From NCBI GenBank assembly GCA_965204535.1, contig CBDBEV010000001.1, positions 1,856,001 to 1,920,000 on the forward strand: 64,000 nt of DNA. The letters run 5' to 3'. This document shows, in pieces, positions 59,691-64,000 of the stretch. Made by a program: the position numbers and the translations under genes. Origin of the DNA: a bacterium (GTDB taxonomy: Bacteria > UBA8248). Position 1 is the stretch's first letter. Every line of letters starts with the position of its first letter. The notes beneath the pieces were generated by a model. It searched no databases and was not told the origin of the DNA. It was given only the letters and a program-made list of their open reading frames with translations.

Positions 59691-61808
59691 TCAGTCTCCC
59701 ATCTCCTTGCGTCGGGCGCGATCCAAAATATCGTCTAACCCCAGGTGGCTGCCGGGATCTTCTTGCGGTTCGCTCAAACCCATAAAAGAATTCCGCATGT
59801 GTTTTCTCAACTTGTAATATGCCCGTTCGATTTCATCTGCGTTTTCGGGTCTTCCCTCCTGGTATATCGACGCCATACAGGCATCCAGATAGTCGGACAT
59901 GATGGGTTCGCTTTCTTCCGCTTGCCAGAAGGAATGTTCCGATGACTCTTTCAGTTTCTCATACAGGCGTCGCGGCTCCCATTGCGGGCGCTTCGTTGCC
60001 TTGCACAGGTGGAAATACAGCCAATAAGCGGTTGAATAAGCGTCGTTCGCCCATTCTCCGGCCTGGAGTTTTTCCTTTACCGGACGATATTCCACAAGCG
60101 CCGAGCGGCCCACGATATCGATGATGCGCACAAGTAGTTCGCTTCCTTCGGCGTCGGTCAATCGCAGGTCTTCACCGGGGGCGAAATGAACCGGTTGTTG
60201 TTTTCCTTCGTTGATAGCGATGTTGGATGCGTAAAGGTAGGTTCGGTCATGGGTATCCCGAATGGGATTAAGCCTGCCCTTGAGGCCTGGGAGGTAACCG
60301 GTCGCCTCGGAGAAAATAACGGCGCCTCCTTCTCGTAGAGTATCAAGCTCTATTGCGAGTGCTCCACGGTTCGGCATCCATTCCCGTATCAAATGTGCGG
60401 CGTACCCAGGAGCCGCGGTGAACACTGTCATGGGAAGGTGCGTGGTGTGCAGATCGACGCTCGCCTCGCCGTACTCGTTCGTTGTCGCTCGCTTCCAGGT
60501 CTTGTTTGGAAATATGATTAACAGGTTGGCTCCGGGCAGAGGCCGGCCGGAGGAGCGGACGGTGATAACGGCGCGGGCAGGACTTTGATCCTGCACTGCC
60601 GCGGGAATGGTCAGGCGCACTTCCGATTCGTCGATCAGTTCGTATTTCGGTGATTCCCCGCAGAGTTCCCGGGTTTCGCGCAGAATGATTGGAACGCCGT
60701 CTCCGCGCCGCTCCATGAAATACTGTCTGTCCTCGGAGCCCTGGATTCCCGTTACCGACATTTTCCCCAGAGCGGAAGTCAGCGCCTCGTTGCGGGTTGC
60801 TTGCCGCACTTCCATGCTGTCCACCGTCAGGTTGTTCGGCAGTGAACCGGGCGACTGAATTTCCAGGCGGTCGTCGAACATCGACAAGCGAATCTTGCTG
60901 CCTTGTATCGAATAGTCGCGATGTGCAACGGCGTTGACGAGCGCCTCGAACAGCGCCTTTTCACTGTACTGAGGAAGGTCCACGCGCCCCGGCTCCTTGC
61001 GCGCCGCGACGCGCATGTTCCGCGCCATGAAGGCCATCCCTTCGGCGATCTGCCGGTTCAGCGGGCCGGTGATCTCCCGGGCGTCAATCTGACCAGAGGC
61101 GCGGTCTCCACCTCCGTACCGTGCCGCCGTAATGCAGGCGTTGGGGAGCCACTGCTCGGGGTTGTGAGTACATAACAGGACACCGGCTACGGTGGCCCTG
61201 GTGATACCGGCCGTGTCATGCGTCAAAAGAGCTAGTTTCGTGAGCGCCGATTCGGGATTCACAGCGCCTTCGGCACTCAGTAGCGGCTTCCAAAGCGACT
61301 CGTCCAGGGTATTGAGGCCGGTGCCGGAAACATCCTGCTTGTCGAGTGACGGGAAACGCGCTTGACCACGCCGTTGCGCCAAGCGCAACCTTTCGTCACT
61401 CGTCATCTTTCGCTTCGAGCCGCCTACCCGCAGGTAGCTTCCTCCGGGGCTGTCATGCTGCGAGTCCCCTTCTGGAATTTCTGCCAGCAGAAACGGCTTG
61501 CCCTCGAGTTCCCTGTGATACGTGTGGATGCGCACGGGCGGCTTGATGGAGTCGGTGCTCGTCTCGACCAAGAGTGCGTCCAGCGCGACGAGTTGTTCGC
61601 GGGACATGCCCGGCACCTCGCCCTTGTCCGTAACGCCGCAGAGGAGCACACCCCCGTTCGCATTGGCGAAGGCCGCGATTTCGTTCGCCAAATCATCGCG
61701 GCTCAGGTCTTTTAGGCGATTGCCCCCGGATTCGACCTCCTTGAATTCCCACCGGCTGTCTTCGGCCAATCGCAATTGGCGCGCGATCTCTTCGTCGCTG
61801 TAATTCAT
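59691..61808 (-). CDS. Schlafen/AlbA_2 domain plus HATPase_c_4 (RecG C-terminal-like) protein with extra C-terminal domains
   Basis: EDSRWEFKE, IAAFANANGGVLLCGVTD, EALVNAVAHRDY, DRLEIQSPG, ERRGDGV. Confidence 0.8.
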   Translation of the reverse strand: MNYSDEEIARQLRLAEDSRWEFKEVESGGNRLKDLSRDDLANEIAAFANANGGVLLCGVTDKGEVPGMSREQLVALDALLVETSTDSIKPPVRIHTYHRELEGKPFLLAEIPEGDSQHDSPGGSYLRVGGSKRKMTSDERLRLAQRRGQARFPSLDKQDVSGTGLNTLDESLWKPLLSAEGAVNPESALTKLALLTHDTAGITRATVAGVLLCTHNPEQWLPNACITAARYGGGDRASGQIDAREITGPLNRQIAEGMAFMARNMRVAARKEPGRVDLPQYSEKALFEALVNAVAHRDYSIQGSKIRLSMFDDRLEIQSPGSLPNNLTVDSMEVRQATRNEALTSALGKMSVTGIQGSEDRQYFMERRGDGVPIILRETRELCGESPKYELIDESEVRLTIPAAVQDQSPARAVITVRSSGRPLPGANLLIIFPNKTWKRATTNEYGEASVDLHTTHLPMTVFTAAPGYAAHLIREWMPNRGALAIELDTLREGGAVIFSEATGYLPGLKGRLNPIRDTHDRTYLYASNIAINEGKQQPVHFAPGEDLRLTDAEGSELLVRIIDIVGRSALVEYRPVKEKLQAGEWANDAYSTAYWLYFHLCKATKRPQWEPRRLYEKLKESSEHSFWQAEESEPIMSDYLDACMASIYQEGRPENADEIERAYYKLRKHMRNSFMGLSEPQEDPGSHLGLDDILDRARRKEMGD

Positions 61809-62092
61809 TACTCCTCTCCAAATCCCAACACGGTGAGGCGCGCCGTTTTCTCATCTGCCGGAGCATCTCCCAGCGCCTTTTTCTTTTCTTTCCACACTCA
61901 ACACCTCCCTTCGGGCCGGTCTTTATGCCCTTTGGTGAAAGGTGGATATTATGAACCAACATATAACCTATCGCTAAATGTCTTACAATTCGGAATGCGG
62001 GTGTTCCATGATCGGTGGAGGGGTGTTTCCGGGGACGTAGAGGGTTTGTGCAAGCGGTCTGTCTTCAGACATCTTTCGGCCCGGCGCACTCC

Positions 62093-63775
62093 CTAAAACA
62101 ACCCCGTGATCTTCCCGTCGGCGGTGATGTCCATCCCGGCCGAGGCGGGGGTCTTGGCGAGGCCGGGCATCTGCATGATGTTCCCGGCGATGGCGACGAC
62201 GAACCCCGCCCCTGCGGACACGTAGGCCTCGCGCACGTTCAGGATGAAGCCCTCGGGCGCGCCCGGCTTCTTGGGGTCGTCCGAGAGGGAGGCCTGCGTC
62301 TTCGCGATGCAGACCGGAAGCTCGCCGTAGCCCAGCCTTGTTAAGGAGCGCAGGCTGCGCGCCGCTCCCGGCTCGAAGCGCACGGCACCCGCGCGGTAGA
62401 TGCGCGTCGCGATGGCCTCTATCTTCTCCGCGAGCGGCATATCGAGCGAATAAAGCGGCGTGTAGGGCGCATCGTTCGCGGCGGCGAGATCGAAAGCCGT
62501 CTCGGCGAGTTCTACGCCCCCCTCGCCGCCTTTGGCGTGAAGCTCATGCGCGTGGCACGGCGCTCCCGCCTCGGCGCAAAGCTCCTTCACGCGCGCGATT
62601 TCGGCGTCCGTATCCGAAGCGAAGCGGTTCACGGCCACCACCACGGGCGCGCCGAAGCCCTGGATGTTCTCGATGTGGACTTTGAGGTTCGCGAAGCCTT
62701 CCGCGAGGGCGTCCACGTTCTCCTCCGCCAGCGCGTCCACATCGAAGGGAACGCCCCCGTGGAGCTTGAGCGCGCGGACGGTGGCGACGAGCACCACTGC
62801 GTCCACGCTCAGGCCCCCCGTGCGCGCGGTGATGTCGAAGAATTTCTCCGCCCCAAGGTCGGAGCCGAATCCCGCCTCCACCACCATGACGTCGCCCAGC
62901 TTTAACGCCAGCTTGTCCGCGATGAGCGAGTTCGTGCCGTGGGCGATGTTGCCGAAAGGCCCCCCGTGGACGAAGGCGGGCGAGCCCTCGAGCGTCTGCA
63001 CCAGATTGGGCTTGATGGCGTCTTTCAGGAGCAGGGCCATCGCGCCCGCGGCGTTCAGATCGCCCGCGGTGATGGGCGCGCCCTTCCGCGTGTAGCCGAC
63101 GACGATGCGCGCGATGCGTTCTTTCATGTCCTGCGGGTCGCGCGCGAGGCACAGCACGGCCATGACCTCGGACGCCGCCGTGATCATGAAGCCCTCTTCC
63201 CTGGGCACGCCGTGCGTCCTGCCGCCGAGACCCACGAGGACGTGGCGCAACGCTCGGTCGTTCATGTCCAGCACGCGCTTCCAGGTGACGCGGTTCACGT
63301 CCAGGCTGAGATCGTTTCCGTGGAATACGTGCGCGTCCAGCAGGGCGGAGAGCAGGTTGTGGGCGGAGGTGACGGCGTGGATGTCGCCCGTGAAGTGGAG
63401 ATTGATGTCCTCCATCGGCAACACCTGGGACATGCCGCCGCCGGCCGCGCCCCCCTTGATGCCGAACACGGGGCCGAGCGAGGGTTCGCGCACGCAGATG
63501 ACGCTTTTCTTGCCGAGCCGCGCCAACGCCTGGCCGAGCCCCACCGTGGTGAGCGTCTTGCCCTCGCCCAGCGGGGTGGGCGTCATGGCGGTGACGAGGA
63601 TGAGCCTGCCGTCCGGCGCGTCCTTTCGGCGTTCGAGCGCATCGAGGCTCACCTTGGCCTTGTGCGCGCCGTAGAGTTCTATCTCCTCCGGCCCCAGGCC
63701 CAGTTCTTCAGCGATTTCCGTGATGGGTTTGAGCTTCGCGGCTTGCGCGATTTCCACATCCGATGCGATGGCCAT
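62093..63775 (-). CDS. fhs: Formate--tetrahydrofolate ligase
   Basis: TPTPLGEGKT, REPSLGP, GIKGGAAGGG, HGGPFGNIAHG, EAGFGSDLG, MPGL. Confidence 0.96.
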   Translation of the reverse strand: MAIASDVEIAQAAKLKPITEIAEELGLGPEEIELYGAHKAKVSLDALERRKDAPDGRLILVTAMTPTPLGEGKTLTTVGLGQALARLGKKSVICVREPSLGPVFGIKGGAAGGGMSQVLPMEDINLHFTGDIHAVTSAHNLLSALLDAHVFHGNDLSLDVNRVTWKRVLDMNDRALRHVLVGLGGRTHGVPREEGFMITAASEVMAVLCLARDPQDMKERIARIVVGYTRKGAPITAGDLNAAGAMALLLKDAIKPNLVQTLEGSPAFVHGGPFGNIAHGTNSLIADKLALKLGDVMVVEAGFGSDLGAEKFFDITARTGGLSVDAVVLVATVRALKLHGGVPFDVDALAEENVDALAEGFANLKVHIENIQGFGAPVVVAVNRFASDTDAEIARVKELCAEAGAPCHAHELHAKGGEGGVELAETAFDLAAANDAPYTPLYSLDMPLAEKIEAIATRIYRAGAVRFEPGAARSLRSLTRLGYGELPVCIAKTQASLSDDPKKPGAPEGFILNVREAYVSAGAGFVVAIAGNIMQMPGLAKTPASAGMDITADGKITGLF

Positions 63776-63830
63776 GAATCCTCTCCCGGACCGGCGACGT
63801 GCTATGGAGGACGTGTTGGAGTCTCCAACC

Positions 63831-63859
63831 AACCTAGCGAGGGGCAGGATGAGTGTCAA
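63831..63859 (-). promoter_or_regulatory. Sigma70-like promoter of fhs
   Basis: Minus strand TTGACA (63859-63854)-17 bp-TAGGTT (63836-63831). Confidence 0.55.
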
Positions 63860-63905
63860 GGAAAACTATCCGGGCGGCCCGATGCGGGCAAAAGGCCTGA
63901 AGAAC

Positions 63906-63989
63906 AATTCACGTTATTTAAGTAGTTTAACGTGAATTAAGTGCGATTTATGGGGTTCATTCACGGGACATTGATGTTTTAACGTGAAT
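63906..63989. promoter_or_regulatory. Tandem inverted-repeat operator candidates ATTCACG-N17-CGTGAAT
   Basis: Copies at 63907-63937 and 63959-63989 in an AT-rich tract. Confidence 0.6.
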
Positions 63990-64000
63990 ACATTATAGTA

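Noticed and set aside
63776-63830. ZTP or THF riboswitch before fhs
   Set aside because: Predicted leader is only about 50 nt and lacks the consensus motifs.

Overview
GC-rich bacterial chromosome window containing the replication origin. Core genes: partial mnmE, yidC-yidD-rnpA-rpmH divergent from dnaA, then oriC (DnaA boxes, trio-like repeats, AT-rich tract), recF-gyrB and gyrA, with no dnaN in this block. Also present: a ProU-type ABC transporter, a complete ISC Fe-S operon (iscRSUA-hscBA-fdx-iscX), truD, mutY, rsmI, fhs and several catabolic or transport genes. Most notable observations: (1) a soluble-looking fusion of a FliG C-terminal domain with two MotA cytoplasmic-like repeats directly downstream of yidC; (2) an exported thioredoxin split in the ORF track by an in-frame TGA that gives a WUGTC motif followed by a SECIS-like hairpin; (3) an integrase-less AbiE-type toxin-antitoxin islet flanked by 56-bp repeats of an MFS gene 3' end, with two perfect 43-bp palindromes upstream; (4) an IS1182-family element inserted in a palindromic repeat nested between further IS1182-like ends; (5) a lower-GC patch with a putative HEPN-like protein and an AlbA_2/HATPase protein. 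All family calls come from recognising motifs by eye; no database searches were run.
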